NCBI GenBank assembly: GCA_046483735.1
Contig: JAWOCP010000078.1
Coordinates: forward strand, 2,802-66,801
Direction of reading: 5' to 3'
Length of the DNA stretch: 64,000 nucleotides
From: Dehalococcoidia bacterium
GTDB taxonomy: Bacteria > Chloroflexota > Dehalococcoidia > GIF9 > AB-539-J10
This document shows, in pieces, positions 9,463 through 17,500 of this stretch. Positions within the stretch are counted from its first letter, which is position 1. Every line of letters begins with the position of its first letter. Position numbers and translations under genes: made by a program. The notes under the pieces were generated by a model. That model ran no database searches, was not told the origin of the DNA, and saw nothing but the letters and a program-made list of their open reading frames with translations.

Positions 9463-9915
9463 ATGGATAACGATAAGATCGACGAGATTATTGATAAATA
9501 TCAAGAGGAAGCCAGTTCGCTCATTCAGGTATTGCTGGAGATTCAGAGGGAAAATCATTGGCTTTCCAATCAAGCATTGGAAAAGGTCAGTACGAGATTA
9601 GGAGTGCCTTTAAGCCAGATACGGCATATAGCCACATTTTACAAAGCCTTCAGTGTAATCCCCAGGGGGCGTCATGAAGTTCAAATATGTCTCGGCACTG
9701 CCTGCCACGTTCGAGGTGGGCCAAGAATTCTCGATAGGGTGGAGGAGTTCCTGGGCATTCAAGCTGGACAGACTACGGCAGATATGAAATTTACCTTGGA
9801 GACCGTCAACTGTCTCGGTTGTTGTGCTTTGGGCCCGGTGATGGTTGTCGATGGAAAGTATCACGGCAAGATAGCACCAACCGGGGCCGACGAAGTGCTC
9901 AAAAAATGTGATTAA
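9463..9915 (+). CDS. bamG: NuoE-like thioredoxin-fold [2Fe-2S] subunit, BamG-like
   Basis: MDNDKIDEIIDKY… matches a NuoE/HoxE-type N-terminus, followed by C-x4-C…C-x3-C (ICLGTACHVRG…VNCLGCCALGP). The track start at TTG 9427 is possible, but ATG 9463 fits the family N-terminus better. Confidence 0.8.
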   Translation: MDNDKIDEIIDKYQEEASSLIQVLLEIQRENHWLSNQALEKVSTRLGVPLSQIRHIATFYKAFSVIPRGRHEVQICLGTACHVRGGPRILDRVEEFLGIQAGQTTADMKFTLETVNCLGCCALGPVMVVDGKYHGKIAPTGADEVLKKCD

Positions 9916-9924
9916 GGGAATGTT

Positions 9925-11853
9925 ATGCCAAGGATAAACTCGCCTGCTGAACTGGAAGAGCTCAGGAAGGGCATCTTGTCTGAAAGAGACCCAAATAAGC
10001 CTTGTATTACACTTTGTTCGGGGACTGCCTGCCATGCTTCCGGCAGCGAAGAAATCGCTGCGACTATTGAAGAGGAGATCAAGAAACACGGACTAAGTGA
10101 TAAGGTGTCCTTCAGGAGGACTGGTTGCCATGGCTTCTGTGAGAGAGGCCCTATCATAGTCATTCACCCCGAGGAGATATGCTACTTACAGATAGAACCC
10201 AAGGATGTTCCTGACATTATTTCGCAGACAATAAAGGAAAAGAAAGTGGTAGAACGTTTGCTCTACACTGACCCCAGTAGCAATGAAAAGATAGTTCGTG
10301 AATCTGAAATTCCCTTCTACAAGAACCAGACGCGGCTTGTTTTTGGTTCCAACGAACAGATTGATCCTAAGAGCATCGATGACTATCTGGCCCTCGGTGG
10401 TTATGCTGCTCTGGCGAAAGCCCTGTTCCAGATGACCGCCGAGCAAGTATTGGAACAAGTAAAGAAATCTAACCTGAGAGGGAGAGGAGGTGGTGGATTT
10501 CCAGCAGGAAGGAAGTGGGAGGAATGTCGCAATGCCCCCGGTGAAACCAAGTATGTAATCGTCAATGCCGACGAAGGAGACCCCGGGGCCTATATGGACA
10601 GGAGCCTTCTGGAGGGGAACCCTCATTTGGTTCTTGAGGGATTGACCCTGGGAGCCTATGCCATTGGCTCGCACGAGGGTTATATTTACGTTCGACAGGA
10701 ATACCCCCTAGCAGTGGAGAACGTGGGTATTGCCATCTCACAAGCCATGGAATATGGTTTGCTCGGGAAAGACATTCTGGGCTCAGGCTTTGATTTTGTT
10801 GTCAAAGTGCATCGAGGGGCCGGTGCTTTCGTCTCGGGTGAATCGAGTGCACTGATGACTGCGATAGAAGGCAAGGTGGGAGAGCCCAGGCCCAAGTATA
10901 TCCATACTGCCGTCAAGGGCGTTCGGGATCAGCCCAGTTGCTTGAACAATGTTGAGACATGGGCTACTGTGCCACTTATTATCAACAAGGGTGCTGACTG
11001 GTTTGCCAAACTCGGAACTGAAGGCAGCAAGGGGACGAAGATTTTTTCCCTGGTGGGCAAGGTAAACAATACGGGCCTTGTGGAAGTGCCGATGGGCATA
11101 ACGCTGAGAGACATTATCTATAAGGTAGGCGGCGGTATCCCCGGAGGCAAGAAGTTCAAAGCAGTGCAGACGGGAGGGCCATCCGGAGGATGTATCCCTG
11201 AAGAGCAATTAGATATGCCAGTTGATTTCGATGAGCTCGCCAAGGCCGGGTCAATGATGGGTTCAGGCGGGATGATTGTAATGGATGAAGGTACGTGTAT
11301 GGTTGATGTTGCCAAGTATTTCCTTAGCTTCCTTTCTGATGAGTCTTGCGGCAAATGCGTCCCGTGCCGTGAGGGCATCAGGCAGATGCTGAAGATTCTG
11401 ACTAATATTAGCCAAGGAAAGGGAAAGGAAGGCGACATCGAGCTTCTGGAAGAGCTGTCGGAGGTGACCAGTGCTGCCTCACTTTGTGCCTTGGGTAAGA
11501 CTTCTGCTAACCCGGTTTCAAGTACTATAGGCTACTTCAGGGATGAGTATGAAGCACACATCAAGGAGAAGAAGTGCCCGGCCCTTGTGTGCAAGGCGCT
11601 GATCTCGTACTATATTGACCCGGAGAAGTGTAAGGCCTGCATGATTTGTCTCAGGCAATGTCCGGCCGGGGCAATCATAGGTGAAAAGAACGTGATTCAT
11701 GTGATTGACCAGGGCAAATGTACGAAGTGTCAGACTTGTTTTGAAGTCTGCCCCCCTCGTTTCGGTGCAGTGAAGAAGATTTCTGGCGAGCCTGTTCCCC
11801 CTCCCCTCCCTGAAGAAGCAAGAACTGTGGCCAGAGAGAGCAAAGGAAAATGA
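9925..11853 (+). CDS. bamH: NuoF-like NAD(P)H/FMN/[4Fe-4S] subunit with N-terminal 2Fe-2S-like and C-terminal 2x[4Fe-4S] domains, BamH-like
   Basis: 642 aa. FMN/NADH signature LRGRGGGGFPAGRKWE. N3 cluster motif ESCGKCVPCREG. C-terminal CKACMICLRQCP and CTKCQTCFEVCP. Confidence 0.85.
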   Translation: MPRINSPAELEELRKGILSERDPNKPCITLCSGTACHASGSEEIAATIEEEIKKHGLSDKVSFRRTGCHGFCERGPIIVIHPEEICYLQIEPKDVPDIISQTIKEKKVVERLLYTDPSSNEKIVRESEIPFYKNQTRLVFGSNEQIDPKSIDDYLALGGYAALAKALFQMTAEQVLEQVKKSNLRGRGGGGFPAGRKWEECRNAPGETKYVIVNADEGDPGAYMDRSLLEGNPHLVLEGLTLGAYAIGSHEGYIYVRQEYPLAVENVGIAISQAMEYGLLGKDILGSGFDFVVKVHRGAGAFVSGESSALMTAIEGKVGEPRPKYIHTAVKGVRDQPSCLNNVETWATVPLIINKGADWFAKLGTEGSKGTKIFSLVGKVNNTGLVEVPMGITLRDIIYKVGGGIPGGKKFKAVQTGGPSGGCIPEEQLDMPVDFDELAKAGSMMGSGGMIVMDEGTCMVDVAKYFLSFLSDESCGKCVPCREGIRQMLKILTNISQGKGKEGDIELLEELSEVTSAASLCALGKTSANPVSSTIGYFRDEYEAHIKEKKCPALVCKALISYYIDPEKCKACMICLRQCPAGAIIGEKNVIHVIDQGKCTKCQTCFEVCPPRFGAVKKISGEPVPPPLPEEARTVARESKGK

Positions 11854-12464
11854 GCAAGATCCTTCTGCAGATTGATGGGAAAGAAGTTGAGGCAGAGGAA
11901 GGGCTGACCGTGTTGGAGGCGGCCCAAAGCGCCGGGATATCTATTCCTACACTTTGTGACCACGGAAAGTTAGAGCCTTACGGGGCTTGTCGAATTTGCA
12001 CCGTAGAAGTGGACACTCGCGGCAGGACGAATCTAGTTGCCGCTTGTTGTTACCCGGTAGAACAGAATCTGGTGGTGAGGACGAGGTCTGAGAAGGTAGA
12101 TAAAACTCGCAAAGTACTTCTGGAACTGATGCTGGCCCATGCCCCGGAAGCGGAAGAATTACGGGAGCTGGCTCAGGAATACGGGGCAAACAAAGCCCGT
12201 TTTGAGAAAGAGCCTTCATTCTGCATTCTCTGTGGTCTATGTGTGAGGTACTGTGCCGAGGTCAAGAAGAAGAATGCTATTGGATTTGCTGATAGAGGAG
12301 TAAGACGAGAGATAGTCTTTGTTCCAGAGATAGCCTCTAAGGAGTGCTGGAACTGTAAAGAATGTTTTCCGCTTTGTCCTACAGAGGCACTACAGGCAGC
12401 TTTTGTTTTGACTAAAGGTCTGATGTCCTCATCACCTCATGTCGAATGTGAGGCAGGGGAATAG
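11850..12464 (+). CDS. bamI: NuoG N-terminal-like [2Fe-2S]/[4Fe-4S] subunit, BamI-like
   Basis: 204 aa. The sequence I.IDGKEV.AEEG.TVLEAA…GI.IP.LC…GACR.C.VEV is typical of the NuoG/HydA N-terminus. Later motifs are CILCGLCVRYC and C.NC.EC.PLCP. ATGA overlap with the previous gene. Confidence 0.8.
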   Translation: MSKILLQIDGKEVEAEEGLTVLEAAQSAGISIPTLCDHGKLEPYGACRICTVEVDTRGRTNLVAACCYPVEQNLVVRTRSEKVDKTRKVLLELMLAHAPEAEELRELAQEYGANKARFEKEPSFCILCGLCVRYCAEVKKKNAIGFADRGVRREIVFVPEIASKECWNCKECFPLCPTEALQAAFVLTKGLMSSSPHVECEAGE

Positions 12465-12721
12465 TCAGCTTCTGAATCGAGAGAGTGGGTAGAAAAAATT
12501 CTCCTTCCCTGCTATACTTCTATTCGCGGACAACTATAGTTCTAACGGCTCGTGTGATTGTCCACGTCTGACGATATTGCAGTTGGGCGCAGTTTCGGAC
12601 AGCATTCCTGTCCATTATTGGGGCAGGTTGTGGGCAAATTCTGCGAGCTTTGCTTTCCCCTCTAACTTCGCCCCACTGAGGAGGGAGGAGCATCATGATT
12701 TATGTAATCTGTCCGTAAGGA

Positions 12722-13072
12722 TTGAATTTGGCGAAAAAGTCTGTCCTAGTAATCGGTGGTGGAGTAGCCGCGATTCAGTCTTCACTTGAGCTGGCCAATA
12801 TGGGCTCTAGGGTGTATTTGGCAGAGAAGACACCCAGCATCGGGGGGAGAATGGCACAACTGGACAAGACCTTCCCCACCAATTATTGTGCCATGCGTAT
12901 ACTTGGTCCCAAGATGATTGAGGCCAGGTCCCTGCCTGATATAGAACTCTTAACCAATTCTGAGGTAGAAGAAGTCTGTGGAGAAAGAGGAGAGTTCAAG
13001 GTCAAGGTCAAGAAGAAGGCGTTGTTTGTTCATTGGGCCGGATGTACAGGGTGTGGCCCGTATGTAGAATGA
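12722..13072 (+). CDS. HdrA-like N-terminal fragment (FAD-binding fold only); possible gene remnant
   Basis: 116 aa. Carries VIGGGVAAIQSS…[24 protein letters not shown], with Arg where BamE has Sec. It ends inside a CTGCGP ferredoxin-like motif. TTG start. A 7-codon uORF with a strong SD lies at 12695-12718. Confidence 0.45.
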   Translation: MNLAKKSVLVIGGGVAAIQSSLELANMGSRVYLAEKTPSIGGRMAQLDKTFPTNYCAMRILGPKMIEARSLPDIELLTNSEVEEVCGERGEFKVKVKKKALFVHWAGCTGCGPYVE

Positions 13073-13121
13073 TATCCCGTCATTTTACGCTTAAACAGCT
13101 AAAGGGGAAGCCCAGCGATTG

Positions 13122-13646
13122 ATGAGACAACAAGAACAAGTCACTGCTGGCGATGACTCACTGGTAAGAATCATCAATGAGAAGAGGCTATCCTGCTGTG
13201 TTGAATGTGGAAAGTGTGTCGCCACTTGCCCCATGGGCGAGTTCTATGGCAGTTTGTCATTCTTGTTCTCTCCCCGGGGCATTATCACAAAGGCGCTGCT
13301 GGGTGCAGACATTTTAAGAGACTCAAATATCTGGTTTTGCCTGGAGTGTGATATGTGTGCCAGGATGTGTCCGGCTGGTGTCAAGTATGCAGAATTCGTG
13401 GAAGATATCAGGCAACTTGCCATGAAAGAGGGTGTTACCGAGAATTCGGTGGTTTGCCCGCGCTGCGGGCACTACTATCTGCCATTACCGACCGTGGAAC
13501 GTCTGAGAGAAGTGCTGGCTGGGGTGGGCCTCGGCGACGAGTTTGCCGGACTTTGTCCGCAGTGCCGCCGGGACGATACGGCAAAGAAACTGGCCTTCCC
13601 GACGCCCCTGGTGAAATCCGAGGGTACCCGTCACCACCGTGGATGA
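13122..13646 (+). CDS. HdrC-like 2x[4Fe-4S] protein with C-terminal CxxC…CxxC zinc-ribbon-like tail
   Basis: Contains CVECGKCVATCP and CLECDMCARMCP, then CPRCGH…CPQC. Confidence 0.65.
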   Translation: MRQQEQVTAGDDSLVRIINEKRLSCCVECGKCVATCPMGEFYGSLSFLFSPRGIITKALLGADILRDSNIWFCLECDMCARMCPAGVKYAEFVEDIRQLAMKEGVTENSVVCPRCGHYYLPLPTVERLREVLAGVGLGDEFAGLCPQCRRDDTAKKLAFPTPLVKSEGTRHHRG

Positions 13647-13832
13647 GGGTTTCTGTAACGAAGCCCTTGTTGCTTAACATAGAGCGATGCGAACATTGAC
13701 ATGCGTCTCGAAGACGAGTTACTATATGCAACCTGCGGGTGCTTGTTTGTCAGAGGAAATTCTGGAGAGATGTCATCCCTTTGACATGGCAGCGGGTTCT
13801 TACTGCAAAAAACATAAAAAGGGGGAAAAGAA

Positions 13833-14702
13833 ATGTATGTCAACAGGGTCTGTGTCGTAGGTGCTGGCGTCATGGGGAGTCAGATTGTGCAGTTGCTGGC
13901 GGTAAACGGATATGAGGTGTCGATGACGGATATTGAAGACAGGTTTGTCCAAAACGGTCTGCAGAGCATTAAAGGCAATTTGCAGAAGTATTTTGTCGAC
14001 AAAGGCAAAATGACCCAGGAGGAAGCCGATAAGGTGGTTGGCCGCATTGCGGGTACTGCTGACCTCAAACGAGCTGTGGAAGGTGTTCAGGTTGTGATTG
14101 AAAGCGTTACTGAGGACATGGTGCTGAAGCAACAGACGTTCAAACGTCTGGATGAGTTGTGTGCGCCGGAAACAATACTCGCCTCCAATACTTCATCACT
14201 TAGTATTACCGCTATAGGTTCGCTAACCCGACGACAGGACAAGGTGATAGGGATGCATTTCTTCAACCCGGTAGCGGTAATGAGATTGGTTGAGATAATT
14301 CGTGGATTCAAGACTTCGGATAAAACATGCGAGGTCATTAAGGACATGTCAGCCAAGCTTGGGAAGGAAACGATTATTGTCAACAAGGATGTGCCAGGTT
14401 TTGTCGTGACCAGATTGTTTCTCGTGTTGTGCAATGAGGCAATTAAGTTACTTGAAGAGGGTGTGGCTACTGTTGAGGACATTGATAAGGGGTGTCGATT
14501 AGGACTGGGACATGCAATGGGCCCGCTGAAGTCGCAGGACATAGTCAACGGGATTCCGGTCGGATTGCACGCGATGGATTATATGCGGGCTGAGCTGGGA
14601 GAGTATTACAGGGCTTCTCCACTGTTACGAAGGAAGGTTGAGGCCGGTGAATTAGGTGTGAAGACGGGCAAGGGCTTCTATGATTACAGCCAGCAAAAGT
14701 GA
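13833..14702 (+). CDS. 3-hydroxyacyl-CoA (3-hydroxybutyryl-CoA-type) dehydrogenase
   Basis: 289 aa. Carries VVGAGVMGSQI (Rossmann fold), ESV.ED…K, ASNTSSL, and the GMHFFNP…MRLVEIIRG signature. SD AGGGGGAAAAG. Confidence 0.85.
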   Translation: MYVNRVCVVGAGVMGSQIVQLLAVNGYEVSMTDIEDRFVQNGLQSIKGNLQKYFVDKGKMTQEEADKVVGRIAGTADLKRAVEGVQVVIESVTEDMVLKQQTFKRLDELCAPETILASNTSSLSITAIGSLTRRQDKVIGMHFFNPVAVMRLVEIIRGFKTSDKTCEVIKDMSAKLGKETIIVNKDVPGFVVTRLFLVLCNEAIKLLEEGVATVEDIDKGCRLGLGHAMGPLKSQDIVNGIPVGLHAMDYMRAELGEYYRASPLLRRKVEAGELGVKTGKGFYDYSQQK

Positions 14703-14762
14703 CGATTCTGGGATTATTCCCGGCAATCAGAAATAGATAGGCGTCGATTTTGGAGGTCAAGA

Positions 14763-15950
14763 ATGGCTGAAAAGAACGCTTGCATAGTTGGCGGTGGCAT
14801 GTGCAAATGGGGCGTCAGGGAAGCAAGTTACATAGATATGGTTCAGGAAGCCGCCAAGGAGTGTCTGGATGATATACCTGGACTGAAGCCAAGGGATATC
14901 GACGGGTTGCTTTTTGCCTCAACTTTTGTTGGAAGGCGTTCCGTGCAAGCCAATACGGCTCCTGTCGTGGCTGAGAGACTGGGGTTAAAACCGACTTCTA
15001 TCTGTGCCAGGGTGGATGTCCTTTGTGCCGGTGGAAGCACGGGAATCCTTTTGGCCAAAGGACTAGTAGAGAGTGAAATGTCTGACGTTGTGATGGTGAT
15101 AGGCTGTGAAAAGCTTTATACTCCTGAGAAATGGCAGGTGCAATACGATGAAATTGCTGCTATAGACCACGACTGGGATTCGCCGCAAGGTATTGGGCCT
15201 CCGCCACTATGGTTTGCGCTGATTGCCAAGGAACACATGAAGCATTACGGGACAAAAAGAGAGCACTTTGGAATAGTTCCGATAATAAACTACGATTACG
15301 GCTATGCCAATCAGAAAGGTCACTTTCAGAAAAGGGTGACGATGGAAGAAGTCCTCAATGCAATTGAGATAGCGGCTCCTCTCGGATTATATGATTGTTG
15401 TCCATTGACGGATGGCTCCGCTGGAGTGATTATTGCTTCTGAGGAAAAGGCAAGGGAGCTCAGCGACAGGCCGCCGGTCTACATTCTTGGAGGAGCTCAG
15501 GCCTCAGTTCACAGCGTAAGTGCGAACTGGCCGGGAGAGCATCTGGGGGATTGGCCACATTTGAAACTGGCAGCTGAAAAGGCCTATGCCAGTGCCAAGG
15601 TCAGACCTGATGAGGTAGATGTTGCCCAAGTACACGATTGCTTTAGCATATCGGAGATTATCGAGGTGGAAGAACTGGGTTTCTGCAAAAAAGGCGAAGG
15701 TGGACCTTTTGTAGAGTCAGGTCAGACGAAGCTCGGGGGCATCATTCCCACCAATACGGATGGTGGTCTTCTTTCGTGCGGGCATCCCTTTGGGGCAACC
15801 GGGATTCGTCAGGCGATAGAGATATTGAGGCAACTCCAGGGAAGAGCCGTACACCAGGTCAACAAAGCAGCGGTTGGTGTAACGCACAACCTGAGCGGCG
15901 CCAATGTGGAGCACACGATTGTGGTCTACGGCAGAGAGCCCAGAAAATAG
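14763..15950 (+). CDS. thiolase-fold protein (SCP-x/archaeal-type acetyl-CoA C-acyltransferase)
   Basis: 395 aa. Active-site-type Cys context VDVLCAGGS. C-terminal GGLLSCGHPFGATG…NLSG. Followed by a DUF35 partner, as is typical for this thiolase class. Confidence 0.8.
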   Translation: MAEKNACIVGGGMCKWGVREASYIDMVQEAAKECLDDIPGLKPRDIDGLLFASTFVGRRSVQANTAPVVAERLGLKPTSICARVDVLCAGGSTGILLAKGLVESEMSDVVMVIGCEKLYTPEKWQVQYDEIAAIDHDWDSPQGIGPPPLWFALIAKEHMKHYGTKREHFGIVPIINYDYGYANQKGHFQKRVTMEEVLNAIEIAAPLGLYDCCPLTDGSAGVIIASEEKARELSDRPPVYILGGAQASVHSVSANWPGEHLGDWPHLKLAAEKAYASAKVRPDEVDVAQVHDCFSISEIIEVEELGFCKKGEGGPFVESGQTKLGGIIPTNTDGGLLSCGHPFGATGIRQAIEILRQLQGRAVHQVNKAAVGVTHNLSGANVEHTIVVYGREPRK

Positions 15951-15962
15951 AGGAGGCAAAGG

Positions 15963-16460
15963 ATGGCATCAACAGGAATTCCTTTCTTAGAGGGAAGATA
16001 TTCTCCTACGCTGGACATATGGCCAATTGAGGCTAAGGAGTTCAACCGGATATACAAGTTCTACGAACATCTGCGGGAGGGCAAGTTCACAACAACGAAA
16101 TGTAAGAAGTGTAGGCGGGTAGCATATCCGCCTCGCGTGATATGCCCTGAATGCTACTCTGACGAGCTGGAGTGGGTCGAGTTGCCGAAGAAAGGCAAGG
16201 TGATAGTCACCGTGGAGAAATGGGGAGGCGTCCCAATATGCTTCGAGCCACCCCTAATCGATGCCTGGATTGATCTGGGGGAAGATAGTCCCGTCAGGCA
16301 CATACTGAGTCGGATAGTGAACTGCCCGCCAGAGACTCTCAAAGAAGGCGACGAGGTTCAGCTTGTGGTATTTGATGTTCCATCGCACCCGATAGAACTC
16401 AGAAAAGAAGTAATAACGGCAGAGAGAGTATTTTTTGCCTTTGAGCCTGTTGAAAAATAG
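15963..16460 (+). CDS. DUF35 OB-fold/zinc-ribbon acyl-CoA-associated protein
   Basis: 165 aa. Zn ribbon CKKCRR…CPEC is followed by an OB-fold-like segment. SD GAGGAGG. Sits immediately downstream of the thiolase. Confidence 0.75.
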   Translation: MASTGIPFLEGRYSPTLDIWPIEAKEFNRIYKFYEHLREGKFTTTKCKKCRRVAYPPRVICPECYSDELEWVELPKKGKVIVTVEKWGGVPICFEPPLIDAWIDLGEDSPVRHILSRIVNCPPETLKEGDEVQLVVFDVPSHPIELRKEVITAERVFFAFEPVEK

Positions 16461-16465
16461 CCTGA

Positions 16466-16738
16466 TCACCCTCCGGCAATTATGACTATTATATGGAGCT
16501 CATCTCCATCCCTAACCGGCTTAGCCAGTTCCTCCGGGTAAGAGCTTTCCGTGTTGACATAGATTTCAACCAGTCTGTTTAACCTTCCGTCCTTTTCAAA
16601 CAGCCATGGCTTGAGCCCGGGAAACTGGGCGACCAGTTGGTGAAGACACTCTCCAACAGTGCTCCCGTTCACCTCAACCACGTCCTGGTTGTTAGTTTGC
16701 TGAGATAAGAAGGGATGGATGTTTATCTTAACGGCCAT
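16466..16738 (-). CDS. MoaD/ThiS-family ubiquitin-like sulfur-carrier protein
   Basis: 90 aa ending in …DGDELHIIVIIAGG, a C-terminal Gly-Gly. Last gene of the second AOR operon. Confidence 0.75.
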   Translation of the reverse strand: MAVKINIHPFLSQQTNNQDVVEVNGSTVGECLHQLVAQFPGLKPWLFEKDGRLNRLVEIYVNTESSYPEELAKPVRDGDELHIIVIIAGG

Positions 16739-16970
16739 TGCTTGTGTTATCTTTCAAATCGCTGCAAACGATGACAGCTTAGATCTTGGTTTGGCCCGAA
16801 CCCATTTCTCAGAAGCACGTCCGTTGATTACCCCCGCTCCTTCAGTGCCGATGCTACGGGTTCAATGACCAGAACTTTCCCTGCAGCTACCTTGGTTGCC
16901 ACAATGAAAGCGAGCCTTGCCTTAAATGTAATAGGTACGCTGGTGGTCATTCTTTCGGGTGGAGCGCAAA

Positions 16971-17468
16971 CTATACAGAGGCCATGGCGTCGGCAACCTT
17001 GCGTAATAGTCCTGAGAATCTGTCTGCCGTTGCTATCTGCTTCTCCATACTCTGCTCAGTGGCGTCCACATATTGTATGGCATCGACTTCACAGAACCTG
17101 GCACACTGAGGATCGCCATCACAGAAGTCACACTTTATTACCTTTTGACCGAGACTATCAAATGCCATAGCACCAAAGGGGCAGATAGCAACACACATCC
17201 GGCAGCCAATACATATATCGTAATCAACCACTACTCTATTCATGGTCTCATCGCGCGAAATAGCCTTTACCGGGCATATTGTCTGGCAAGGAGCCGATTC
17301 GCATTGTTGGCAGGTCATGGGGACATATCTTCCCTCTTGCTCCCATTTGATTACTCGTATCCGGCTGCGGGCAGGATTGACCACCCCCTCGTGTTTTACC
17401 GTACAAACCTGCTCACATATTCGACAGCCAGTACATTTCTCGTAATCTATCACTAGAACCTTTGCCAT
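16971..17468 (-). CDS. polyferredoxin, 4x[4Fe-4S]-type electron-transfer subunit
   Basis: 165 aa. Contains CTGCRICEQVC, CQQCESAPCQTICP, CIGCRMCVAICP and CDFCDGDPQCARFC. Confidence 0.85.
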   Translation of the reverse strand: MAKVLVIDYEKCTGCRICEQVCTVKHEGVVNPARSRIRVIKWEQEGRYVPMTCQQCESAPCQTICPVKAISRDETMNRVVVDYDICIGCRMCVAICPFGAMAFDSLGQKVIKCDFCDGDPQCARFCEVDAIQYVDATEQSMEKQIATADRFSGLLRKVADAMASV

Positions 17469-17500
17469 GAAATAGTCCTCCTTAGCACATGTTGCGGATG

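Noticed and set aside
16739-16970. 39-aa minus-strand ORF (MTTSVPITFKARLAF…) in the gap between the polyferredoxin and the MoaD-like gene
   Set aside because: It has no clear SD, no recognisable motif and is very short. The evidence is not enough to call it.
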